Positions 39,831-49,265 of a stretch of DNA of 64,000 bases are shown here, in pieces. Position 1 is the first letter of the stretch; each line of letters begins with the position of its first letter. The translations under genes were made by a program, and so were the position numbers. The stretch is from Asterias rubens (taxonomy: Eukaryota). The stretch is from the NCBI RefSeq assembly GCF_902459465.1, contig NC_047080.1, forward strand, positions 1,860,001-1,924,000, read 5' to 3'. A model generated the notes under the pieces. That model did no database searches, was not told where the DNA came from, and was given only the letters and a program-made list of their open reading frames with translations.

Positions 39831-42800
39831 CTAAACTCGCTGCATCGTCCCGATGCATTCATTTCGTCTGGTCCCAAACAAAAATCTGCTAAGTGCTGGA
39901 ACGAAATCTCCAAACGTAGGGGTAACTGACAAACTGTAGGTAGGCTGACCTAGCGTGTCGTAAGTGAATCGCTGAGGGAGTTTTCGTACTCTGGAGGGGC
40001 GGGAACTCGGGAATGCACCTTGGTCATCTTCAAGATTCTCTGATTCAACCTCCTCCACAACTTGTTCCACAGAGATATCCGATGGAAACGTAGCATCTTG
40101 TAGGCTAAGCTCAGGCTGTGATGTAATCGGGCTTTGATTAACATTGTCCTCAGTAATCTCAACAGGTGTAGCCTCAACAACCTCTAATTCATGGGGTTCA
40201 TGATCATCAGCATCGCTGCCAATCCCTTCAGGATCCAAACTATCACCAGGTGGGGGGTCGGACACTGTAAGATCATCTGCTGGTATCTGCTTGAGATCAT
40301 CCTCGCTTGAAGTTAGACCACTGCTCTGGACATCATGACTGCTGACGCAAACACCATCTTCATCCATCCCATTCATTGAAGGAAGTGACAATGTGTCTCC
40401 ATCAACACTGGGGTCTAGGGTGACAGGAATGCCATCATCATGGACATCGTCAATGGTTTTCAGCTGACAGTCTTCAGGGCAAGGGTTCACATTCGGTTCG
40501 GTATCACTAGAGAGTTCGGCTTGGGTGTCCATATAGGGTGTCTCCTCAGCAGGATCCATAATCGAACATCTTTCAGAGTTCAAAAACTGGGAATAGGGAA
40601 CAAACTCCTCTGCCGCTTCCCTCAATGTCGACTCTACTTCAACTGAAGAATTTCCATCATGTGCACTAACCTGTGGTCCAAAGTCAATTGAACCTTCATC
40701 TATCAGGATGTTTTGTGCACTAGATTGGGTATCGGGCTGTACAGTAGAGTCTCGCTTCTTGGGCCACACAACCACTACATCAGATTCCTCGGAGTCTGAC
40801 TCTATGTATTCAAGTTCTCTTTCTGGATCACCGGGGTCACACTGCACAGTTTCGGGTTTCTTTGACTGTCTCGTTATGGGTCGATGTACCTTCTCAGAGG
40901 GCGGCTGCTTGGGTTCACCTGTGAGCATTCCAATAGGAAGAATCATGTTCCTGTGAAGTGTCTTAATCTTACCCTCACCAGCTTCTGGTTTGAGCTTATA
41001 GACTGGTATATTGTCACTATGTCTGCAAACAACGAGGTACACATCTTGTCCCCATTTATCAGCTAGCTTATGAGTACCTTTCAAACCCACATTCCTGATA
41101 AGGACACGATCTCCAGTCTGAAGTTCATTTCCTCGCACTTTCAGGTCATACCTTCGCTTGTTTGCTGTCGCAGACTTGGCCGACTCTTCTGATGCTCGCT
41201 TAAATGCACTTTCTAGATTACTTCGCAACTCTTGAACATACTTCGAGTGGTCCTTGTTCGTTACACCATCAGGATATGTACCAAAGGAAACATCAATAGG
41301 AAGCCTGGCTTCCCTTCCAAACATGATGAAGTATGGGGAAAATCCAGTGCTATCATTTCGAGTGCAATTGTAAGCATGTACCAGGGAGCTAACATGCTTA
41401 CTCCAGTGCTGCTTGTCTTCATTCTGCAAAGTCCCCATCATGCTCAACAGTGTCCGGTTAAACCTCTCAGGTTGAGGGTCACCCTGAGGGTGGTAGGGCG
41501 TAGTCCGTGATTTGCTTATACCCAACATCCCAGTCAGTTCCTTGATGAGTTTGTTGTCAAATTCACGTCCTTGATCTGAATGCAATCGGGTAGGTAGACC
41601 ATAATGCAAAAAGTACTTCTCCCATAGCAACCTGGCAACTGTTCGAGATGATTTGTCCTTTGTCGGATATGCTTGAGCATACCGAGAGAAATGATCAGTG
41701 ATGACTAGAATGTACTGAGCACCACTTCGGTCCTGTTCAAGTTTCAAAAAGTCTATGCAAACCAACTCCAATGGGTAAGTAGTTGAGATGTTCACCAAAG
41801 GAGCGGAGATCTTGGTGGGTGTCTTATGCGTCACACATCTTTCGCAACATCGGATCCACTCCTCAACGTCAGACACCATCTTTGGCCAGTAGAATCTTGG
41901 TCTAACCAAAGTGACTGCTCTCTCTACACCAAGATGTCCGAGGTCATTATGCAGGCCTTTCATTGCTTTGGTTCTATAGTTCTTGGGTAATACCAACTGA
42001 AATCTGGCAAGACCGTTGGAGTCCATTGATCTTCGATACAATGTTTCATCTCTCAGAACAAGACGATTGAATTGGCCGAGCATAATGTTCAAGTCCTTGG
42101 AGAAATCATCAGATCTCTTGGGTCGTACCCCATCTTTGACAAACTTGATAAGTTGACTAATATCTGCATCAGCTTCTTGCTCCTTCCTCCAATCAACATT
42201 ATCCAGACCGACCATCTTTGTCTCAGTGTCTGGATTGCAGTAGTTTGACGGAACTGCTTCGGCACTCATTGCCATGGAGTACACGAGAGGTAGATCATCA
42301 TCACCGTTTGAAGATGGACTAACAACATCACCAGCAAGATAACGAGCACAGATCGCATCAACTTGTTCCTTGCCACAGGTCTGGTATCTCTCCTCACTGT
42401 CCTCTTTTAAACGTGTCTCAAGATCACGGATCATCTCGTCCTGGTTAAACTCTCCACCACCGACAGAATTTGGGTCAGGTCTCCGTGATAAAGCATCAGC
42501 ATCTTGGTTGCAGTGACCCGGCTTGTAGTGAATTGTAAAATCAAACGTGGCCAATGCTGCTAGCCACCTGTGTCCGGTCGCATCCAATTTCGCTGAGGTA
42601 AGTATATACGTGAGCGGGTTGTTATCTGTGTAGATCTTGGTACCCTGGGCCGAGTACAAGTAGTCTTTAAATTTTTCAGTTACAGCCCACTTTAGGGCGA
42701 GGTACTCCAACTTGTGAGCTGGATAGTTTTTCTCCGCCGGGCTCAAACTGCGGCTAGCATATGATATAGGTCGTACTTTGTGATCTATTTCCTGACAGAG

Positions 42801-44912
42801 AACTGCTCCTAGGCCGTCACGACTGGCATCTGTATGTAGAATAAAAGGACTGGCCATATCTGCAAACGCTAACACAGGTGCAGTACAAAGCCGCTCTTTC
42901 AAGGTTTGAAATGCTGTTTCACAATCTTGTGTCCAACGTGGTCCAAATGGAGCTCTCGGGTTGACAGAATTTTCCTTAGTCACAGAGTCCTTCTTCTGAA
43001 CACCCCCCGTCAGCTGAAACAAAGGTTTGGCCACAACAGAAAACCCTTCAATAAATCTACGATAATAACTCGCAAACCCTAAAAAGGATCGCAGTTGACG
43101 GACATTGTCTGGACAAGCCCAAGTTTTCAACGCCTCTACCTTCCCCGGATCAGTCTGAACTCCTTCTCCAGAGACAATATGGCCGAGGTATCGCACAGAA
43201 GTACAACAAAACTGGCATTTGTTCGGAGAAACCTTCAAGCCAAACTCTGCAAGACGGTCGAACACCTTAGCAAGTCGCTCTTCCATTTGCTCCAACGTCG
43301 AAGAAAATACAATGATGTCGTCCATGTACACCAATACTTCCGACATGTTCAGACCCGCCATACACCTCTCCATCAACCTTTGAAAAGTTGCGGGAGCCCC
43401 TTTTACACCTTGTGGCATCCTCTCAAACTGGTAAAACCCAACGGGGCACGTAAAGGCTGTCTTCTCCTTGTCCTCTGGGTTCATTGGTATCTGATAATAT
43501 CCGGACTTGAGATCAATGACGGAGAACCAGTTACACCCATGTAGGCAGTCTAATGCTTCATGAACAAGTGGGACGGCATATTGGTCTGGAATTGTTCGTG
43601 CATTCAAAGTCCTATAGTCGATACACAGGCGTATTTGTCCATTCTTTTTACGGACAATAACAATGGGTGAAGCATATCTACTTCTCGACTCAGTGATCAC
43701 TCCTATGTCAACTAAACTCTGGATGTGGTCTCGCAGATCCTGCAAATCCCTTGGAGCAACACGTCGAGATCTTTCACGAAACGGCTCCTCATTGTTCAGT
43801 CGAATTTCATGATACGCCTCAGTAGTCACACCAATATCCCATTCATGTGTAGAGAAAACTTCAGCTCTCTGAAATGCAATCTTTAGTAGTCGCTCTTTCT
43901 CCTTGGCATCTATCGGTCCCCAATCAAAGGGTAATTTCCGGAATTCCTCTTCTGTAATTGAACACTTTGGGCTCGGTGAAGTCTGTGTCTTCACTGTTGA
44001 CGATGTCACCTTACATTGTACCACTCCAGATGAAGATGGATTCGGAACATCACTGGTTTCGCTGCTTGTGTCACTTACCCATGATGTCAGGTACGCCCCT
44101 GCTACAATACATCTTCGAGACAAAATAACAGGCCTGTTGTTCTGGTTTTGATTTGTGAGGCAGACCTTTACTTTACTAAACCCTCTCTTGATAGTACAAA
44201 GCGAGCAAGAAACCTCTATCCCTCCAGGTAGCTTATTTGGGACAAATGAATCCAGTAATCCGGTAACAGACTTCCCACATTTATTTCTGATCACTCCCAC
44301 TACTTGTTTGGTTGACCCAGCTGGAATCTCCACTCTGCCTCTGGCTTTGAGTTTGACATACCCAAGTAAACCATCAGGGCCTGCTTTTGTCGAACATCTG
44401 ATATCTTCATATATTTTATCACAAACTGCATCAATCGTCACTCCACTTGAGTCACGCTGCACCTCTGAGTAGCAGTCCTTGAATACTCCAGCATTTGTAC
44501 CAACTATCAGCTGGTAATCAACAGCACTTCTGCTATCGGGGACAACCAGAGCAAGAGTTCGAAACATCTTTTGTGTACCACAGAATTTCTCGTTGAACCC
44601 AAGGTTGATTTCAGTCCATCCTAAGTATGGCATAAGATCATCACCACCATGCCACAACACTAAATCTTTTAGCGGGTACAGTGATCTTTCAAGTGTATCA
44701 AAAAACTTCTTGTAAATGAGTGTCACTTGGGAACCACTATCTACAAGTGCACTCGTCTCTACCCCATCCACCTTGCATGTCCTGATGGTCAGTCCCCCAA
44801 TCAGTCCCTCTGGAATGTCGGTGTCGGCTTGACATTGGTAACTTGGTTGAGTACTGCATGGCCTTAGTTCTGTTGGGGCATCGCATCGGCCTCTTTGGAA
44901 TGCCCTTTCCCG
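39831..44912 (-). CDS. pol: Pol polyprotein (aspartic protease, RT, RNase H, integrase, acidic tail), expressed as a -1 frameshift fusion with Gag
   Basis: LVDSGSQ protease (44741-44730), RLCIDYRTLN/DLKSGYYQ/MPQG/YMDD RT (43328-43317), TDAS...DALSR RNase H, HNDLGH...CERC zinc finger, DHFSR...HSDQGREF...ERFNRTL integrase. The frame is open from just above the slippery site; there is no own ATG upstream of the protease. Confidence 0.96.
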   Translation of the reverse strand, partial: RERAFQRGRCDAPTELRPCSTQPSYQCQADTDIPEGLIGGLTIRTCKVDGVETSALVDSGSQVTLIYKKFFDTLERSLYPLKDLVLWHGGDDLMPYLGWTEINLGFNEKFCGTQKMFRTLALVVPDSRSAVDYQLIVGTNAGVFKDCYSEVQRDSSGVTIDAVCDKIYEDIRCSTKAGPDGLLGYVKLKARGRVEIPAGSTKQVVGVIRNKCGKSVTGLLDSFVPNKLPGGIEVSCSLCTIKRGFSKVKVCLTNQNQNNRPVILSRRCIVAGAYLTSWVSDTSSETSDVPNPSSSGVVQCKVTSSTVKTQTSPSPKCSITEEEFRKLPFDWGPIDAKEKERLLKIAFQRAEVFSTHEWDIGVTTEAYHEIRLNNEEPFRERSRRVAPRDLQDLRDHIQSLVDIGVITESRSRYASPIVIVRKKNGQIRLCIDYRTLNARTIPDQYAVPLVHEALDCLHGCNWFSVIDLKSGYYQIPMNPEDKEKTAFTCPVGFYQFERMPQGVKGAPATFQRLMERCMAGLNMSEVLVYMDDIIVFSSTLEQMEERLAKVFDRLAEFGLKVSPNKCQFCCTSVRYLGHIVSGEGVQTDPGKVEALKTWACPDNVRQLRSFLGFASYYRRFIEGFSVVAKPLFQLTGGVQKKDSVTKENSVNPRAPFGPRWTQDCETAFQTLKERLCTAPVLAFADMASPFILHTDASRDGLGAVLCQEIDHKVRPISYASRSLSPAEKNYPAHKLEYLALKWAVTEKFKDYLYSAQGTKIYTDNNPLTYILTSAKLDATGHRWLAALATFDFTIHYKPGHCNQDADALSRRPDPNSVGGGEFNQDEMIRDLETRLKEDSEERYQTCGKEQVDAICARYLAGDVVSPSSNGDDDLPLVYSMAMSAEAVPSNYCNPDTETKMVGLDNVDWRKEQEADADISQLIKFVKDGVRPKRSDDFSKDLNIMLGQFNRLVLRDETLYRRSMDSNGLARFQLVLPKNYRTKAMKGLHNDLGHLGVERAVTLVRPRFYWPKMVSDVEEWIRCCERCVTHKTPTKISAPLVNISTTYPLELVCIDFLKLEQDRSGAQYILVITDHFSRYAQAYPTKDKSSRTVARLLWEKYFLHYGLPTRLHSDQGREFDNKLIKELTGMLGISKSRTTPYHPQGDPQPERFNRTLLSMMGTLQNEDKQHWSKHVSSLVHAYNCTRNDSTGFSPYFIMFGREARLPIDVSFGTYPDGVTNKDHSKYVQELRSNLESAFKRASEESAKSATANKRRYDLKVRGNELQTGDRVLIRNVGLKGTHKLADKWGQDVYLVVCRHSDNIPVYKLKPEAGEGKIKTLHRNMILPIGMLTGEPKQPPSEKVHRPITRQSKKPETVQCDPGDPERELEYIESDSEESDVVVVWPKKRDSTVQPDTQSSAQNILIDEGSIDFGPQVSAHDGNSSVEVESTLREAAEEFVPYSQFLNSERCSIMDPAEETPYMDTQAELSSDTEPNVNPCPEDCQLKTIDDVHDDGIPVTLDPSVDGDTLSLPSMNGMDEDGVCVSSHDVQSSGLTSSEDDLKQIPADDLTVSDPPPGDSLDPEGIGSDADDHEPHELEVVEATPVEITEDNVNQSPITSQPELSLQDATFPSDISVEQVVEEVESENLEDDQGAFPSSRPSRVRKLPQRFTYDTLGQPTYSLSVTPTFGDFVPALSRFLFGTRRNECIGTMQRV

Positions 44913-46192
44913 TTTCCCTGAAGATAGAATTGGATAAACCTTTCGCTGACTTTATCTGGGTCCGATGGATTGGCACATTTGGGACGGTAGTGGCCTTCCA
45001 AACCACACTTGAAACAAAAGTTTGGACGCTGATTTGCTCTGCCTTTATCACCTCTCTGGTCAAACTTACAACTTTTGGCCTGTGTTTTAGGTTGTTGTTG
45101 TGGGATGGAGACTGCAGATGGGTTGGAAACAGACTCGGGCTCTCTATGGCTGATCTTTTCTGCTTGTTCGGCCTCTTCTCTCCTCACCATCTGAAGAAGA
45201 GATAGATACGTAGGTGGTGTTTTCACTTTATCCTTCAGTCTGAGGTTGATAAGCATCATGTCGTTGTATAGTGTTCCACGAATGAACTGAGACAACAGCA
45301 GTGAGTTTGCTGAATCCGGTAGTGCACCCCCTTTTCGAATCAGCTTCCGAAGAAGACCCTGAAGGCGTGTCAGAAAGTCTGAGGGCTTTTCTTCTTTCTT
45401 CTGATGTAGCTGATGAAACTTGATTCCCAACTCCTCTGCTGATTGTGTGTCACCAAATGCAAGTTCTAAAGCAGTTAGGTAATCAGCTGCTGTGGCTTGT
45501 GGGTTGTCTCTCCTATAGTCAGTGATCATATTGGCAGCTGGGGCACGCAGTGCTTCTCTTAGTCTCTTTCTCTTCTCTCCTTCATCGCTTTCCTCTTCTA
45601 ATTGCCCATGGACAATTTCCACCCACAGATCAAAGGTTTCTTCATCTCGGGCTGGCTGCTTAGATCCAGAAAAAGAAGGAAGTCTTCGGCTGTTTGATAT
45701 TTTGCACATAGACAGCGCCTCTCTCAACCCCACTGCAACATCCTTTGATCCATTTGCTGTGGATTTCATTTCTTCTCCATGATTTTCAGGTTGTTTCTCT
45801 GCTGAGGATGGCAAGTCTTTGGACGACGACGGCAGCAAACCTCGCGACATTAAGTCCGCTATTGTTACCTTTTCACGAGGGGAGTTAAATTGTTGAATTG
45901 TGAACACAATTTGTTCATCGGAAATATCAAGTCGAATCCTCCCATCAAGAGGAAGTTCGACATCCTTCATGGCAAGGTCAAATTCGACGAGAAGAAGAGT
46001 TTGGCTGTCTCTATCCTGGCGCGAAACACTAGCGAGATGGTTTATGGTCTGATATAAAGCAAGGGCTATGTCATCTGTGGGAAAATGTACCGTGGTTGCA
46101 CTGACAAGAAGAAAACAATGAGTAACACGTAAATCTTCCTTTTTGCACCATGACAAACCTAATTCCCGAAGCTCTGCTGAACAGTCAGGCAT
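44864..46192 (-). CDS. gag: Gag, PNMA-like (442 aa) with CCHC zinc knuckle
   Basis: WCKKEDLRVTHCFLLV (PNMA N-terminal-like), RRLPSFSG...EETFDLWVE...EKRKRLREALR...YLTALELAFG capsid region, CFKCGLEGHYRPKC. Confidence 0.93.
   Translation of the reverse strand: MPDCSAELRELGLSWCKKEDLRVTHCFLLVSATTVHFPTDDIALALYQTINHLASVSRQDRDSQTLLLVEFDLAMKDVELPLDGRIRLDISDEQIVFTIQQFNSPREKVTIADLMSRGLLPSSSKDLPSSAEKQPENHGEEMKSTANGSKDVAVGLREALSMCKISNSRRLPSFSGSKQPARDEETFDLWVEIVHGQLEEESDEGEKRKRLREALRAPAANMITDYRRDNPQATAADYLTALELAFGDTQSAEELGIKFHQLHQKKEEKPSDFLTRLQGLLRKLIRKGGALPDSANSLLLSQFIRGTLYNDMMLINLRLKDKVKTPPTYLSLLQMVRREEAEQAEKISHREPESVSNPSAVSIPQQQPKTQAKSCKFDQRGDKGRANQRPNFCFKCGLEGHYRPKCANPSDPDKVSERFIQFYLQGNGKGHSKEADAMPQQN
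44876..44918 (-). promoter_or_regulatory. -1 programmed ribosomal frameshift signal
   Basis: G GGA AAC heptamer in gag frame (44918-44912), 6-nt spacer, then GGGCAT/ATGCCC stem (44905-44900 / 44881-44876). Confidence 0.85.
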
Positions 46193-46441
46193 TTTGTATT
46201 TACGATTGAATTAACACAAAACAAAATTTCAATATCAAAAAAACTTGCGTGCTGTGGCACGTTTGAATTTGACAATGCAATGCACAAATTATGCAACACA
46301 CAAATCAGTTGTTGACTCTCAGAATGAAATCACTAAAATTTAACCTGTTTAAACACCAGCTATGAAGAACACTAAAATATATTTAATAATTCAACTTGCA
46401 CGAGCAGATGTTTTTTAGTTTCAGGCCTCTACTTTTCGAGG

Positions 46442-46458
46442 TCCTGGCAAGATCGCCA
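46442..46458 (-). other. Primer-binding site complementary to tRNA-Arg(ACG) 3' end
   Basis: TGGCGATCTTGCCAGGA 4 nt inside the 5' LTR; its complement TCCTGGCAAGATCGCCA matches the recalled invertebrate tRNA-Arg(ACG) end TCCTGGCAGGATCGCCA with one G:U wobble. Confidence 0.75.
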
Positions 46459-46462
46459 ATTA

Positions 46463-47498
46463 TGTAACACACACACGAACTGACTCAGTGCAAAAGAATT
46501 TAACTTTTAAACAACCACTTTTAATGCTCTTCACAGCTCTTTCTTCGTCAAGATATTAAACAAACTTTAACTTTTAGCAAAAAATTGCAAACTGCAATAA
46601 AACTCTAACAGCTGTATACTAACTATTGGCCAATAGTAATAAACAATCTCAAAACACTAGGATCCTAGATTTATCAGTTCACGAAGTCAATTCCGCGATT
46701 AATATCCGATTTATCAGTTCACGAGTTCAATTCCGCGGTTAATATCAAGGATACGGGCACTGTAATTCCTCCTCCACTCGACACCTTGCAGCTACATGTA
46801 CAGATGTAGGTACGCAGTAGGTCAAATAGTTCAGAAGTCCCGGGGAAACTTGTTGCAGCTAGGTAGTACGTCTAGACCCAGTCCAGCAGTCCACGCATTC
46901 CACAGTCCAGCAGACAGCGAGTCCAGATGTGGAAGGTCCGCAGTTTCATTCGTCACCAAGTACCAACACTCCAACAGTTTAGAGTTTATTCAACTTGAGA
47001 AGCTGATTATTCATAGAGAAGATCTAAGATTGTAGATCTGAGATCTGAGAGCAAAATATCCACAAAAATGCAATCACTATTTGCTGGACATTAATATGCT
47101 TTATAAACCTTTAAAAACAAGCCATATAATTATTTGCAGTATCCCCCAGATTTAACCAAAATAATCATCCATAAGCACATGTGAAAAACATGAGGCTTGA
47201 AAACTCTTTAGGAAATGATTTATAATAAAACCAACTCTTACCTGAGAGCCAACAACTGCCAATAAATCTTTACTGGTTTGCAGGAACACAAAACCTGCTA
47301 ACAGGAGGTTATTATTTCTCCCTCAACTATTATATTTCAAAAACAAAACGATGAGCAAACTTTTACATGACATGCATAACAACAAACATGTCTGCCATAA
47401 AAACACTCTCACATGGCCTGGACATCTCCAGTCAATTGAGGGCGCTTTCACCTGTTCCAGCCTTGAGGGCGCTATCACATTTTGAGCTCTGGGCTACA
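46463..47498 (-). repeat. 5' LTR (1036 bp)
   Basis: TG...CA. On - strand, TATAAA near 47106-47101 and AATAAA near 46989-46984; internal 40-bp tandem duplication at 46668-46747. Confidence 0.97.
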
Positions 47499-48567
47499 AA
47501 TATACAAAACTTGCTAAGCATAGAATAGTATTGTATAGCAGAAACAGGTTACCAACCAAAATTACACTAAGTTTGCATTATTGTGGCTGGTGCCCCCACT
47601 CATTTTTTGCTAAGCAAAGAAAACAGCTATAAGAAAAATTGGGCCCTGTACTCAGGAGACTCCTCACTTCCTTGGCTACTTTGAAAACTATGAATTTGAG
47701 CCAAGAGGGAGAACCATGCCCTTACTTTTCGGTGTCAGAACCCGGGATCCACCAGGACAAACAAATTAAAAAAACTTCTGACATTGAGGCCATAACAAAA
47801 AAAAAACATGAGTGTAAAAAGTTCACAAAGTCACATCCATTAGCACAAACTGATTGTGATTTCCTCAAAAAGCCAAGGTCAATTGTACTATCAGATATCT
47901 TCCCAAATAAAACATTTCAAGTTTCTCTAATACCCGTCGTCCCCGCGGGACCTGGAGTGAAAGGTGAGCCTTCCTGAACCATTACTCTACCGTTTTGAAT
48001 CACAAAGTCAGTGCCGCATCAAAAATTCCTATGTGAGATGATTTCATTCGCTATAAACAGACGATGAAGAATGTACCCCTCTTGGGACGTGCAGAATCAT
48101 TAAGCACATTTCCCGTCGGAAATCGACCCTACCTACCCGACGAAAGTCGTCAGAGATCCCCCACCCCCTCCCCATACATGAGTTCGTTGGGGGGTATGCT
48201 CACCCCTCCCTTGTAGCACCCTCAGGGGAAATTACCCTTTTTGGTAGTGTGAATAAGTCATAATGACAAAAGCAATCCCAGTGGGACTCAAGAATCATCA
48301 ATGATGTGCGACCTCGACTTACATTTGAAGTCAAAAACATAGCTTAAAAACATGAGCAAATGGTATTCATACTAATGGTATTCCAGCAATCCAAAAGGGG
48401 AGTTCAATTTATCAGGCATGATATTTGGTAGTACAACTGCTACCTACATGTAGGGTTTAAAAAGACTTTGCAGTCCTTATTAATAATAAAAAAAACTTTT
48501 TTCAAGGACAACAACAAATATGACAACAGATGGTTGGAGGAATAATGTATCATGCCTGTTTTACACA

Positions 48568-48876
48568 TTAAAGGAACACGTTGCCTTGGATCGGTCGAGT
48601 TAGTCTTTGAAAAGTGTTTTAAACCGTTTGTTATGAAATGCATATGGTTAGATAGATAAATTAAAAGTAGGATATAATGATCCACACGTCGCGAAGAAAC
48701 ACGGTCGGCCATTTATGGACGGACCGTGTAAAAAGAAAACCGCGCAATTTCGATTGATATTTGTGTAGATCATTGTATTCTACTTTTACAACATCTTTCT
48801 AACCATATGCATTTTATAACAAACGGTTACAAACGCTTTTTAGACCAACTCGTCCGATCCAAGGCAATGTGTTCCT
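48568..48876. mobile_element. Kolobok-like MITE (AGGAACACGTTGCC family), right end eroded
   Basis: Same terminal repeats as 57979-58350. Confidence 0.75.
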
Positions 48877-49265
48877 GTCACGGAGAAACAGAGGTCAATG
48901 TTTTTTATCTTTATATTCTTCTTTGGACTCTTTCACGGATATGCTGGTTAGAAATGTACTCCTTCGAGAAGTTGACCAATCACAGCAGCAGGAAGGCGTA
49001 GTCCAATCACACTAACTCATTTATGCAACTCGGAAGAAAATCCACCATTCAAAAGTCTCCTGCCAGCAAAATGGTCTTTGTCCCAATGGAGGATTGGCAA
49101 ACGCTCATCCCAATCCACACTGCGCACTTTATGTAGTTCAGTAGTTCTACAGCACCTTTACATTCATCCACGGGTACTGGGTTCACATCCTGCTTAAGTC
49201 ATTATTTATTCACACATTAACATATATATAATATGTACACATTAGGAGCGACGGAACTGGAAGGG

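Larger units (their letters stand above)
38785..47498 (-). mobile_element. Full-length Ty3/Gypsy (Metaviridae) LTR retrotransposon, 8714 bp, intact
   Basis: TG...CA LTRs at 46463-47498 (5') and 38785-39820 (3'), 4-bp target duplication AATA (38781-38784 and 47499-47502), PBS, PPT, and uninterrupted gag and pol in PR-RT-RH-IN order. Confidence 0.98.

Noticed and set aside
39831-40928. env-like third ORF in the Gypsy element
   Set aside because: Pol runs to the PPT; there is no separate ORF, signal peptide or TM segment.
40440-45782. Multiple + strand ORFs within the retrotransposon (e.g. 43095-43544, 44843-45205)
   Set aside because: Antisense shadows of gag/pol with no motifs.
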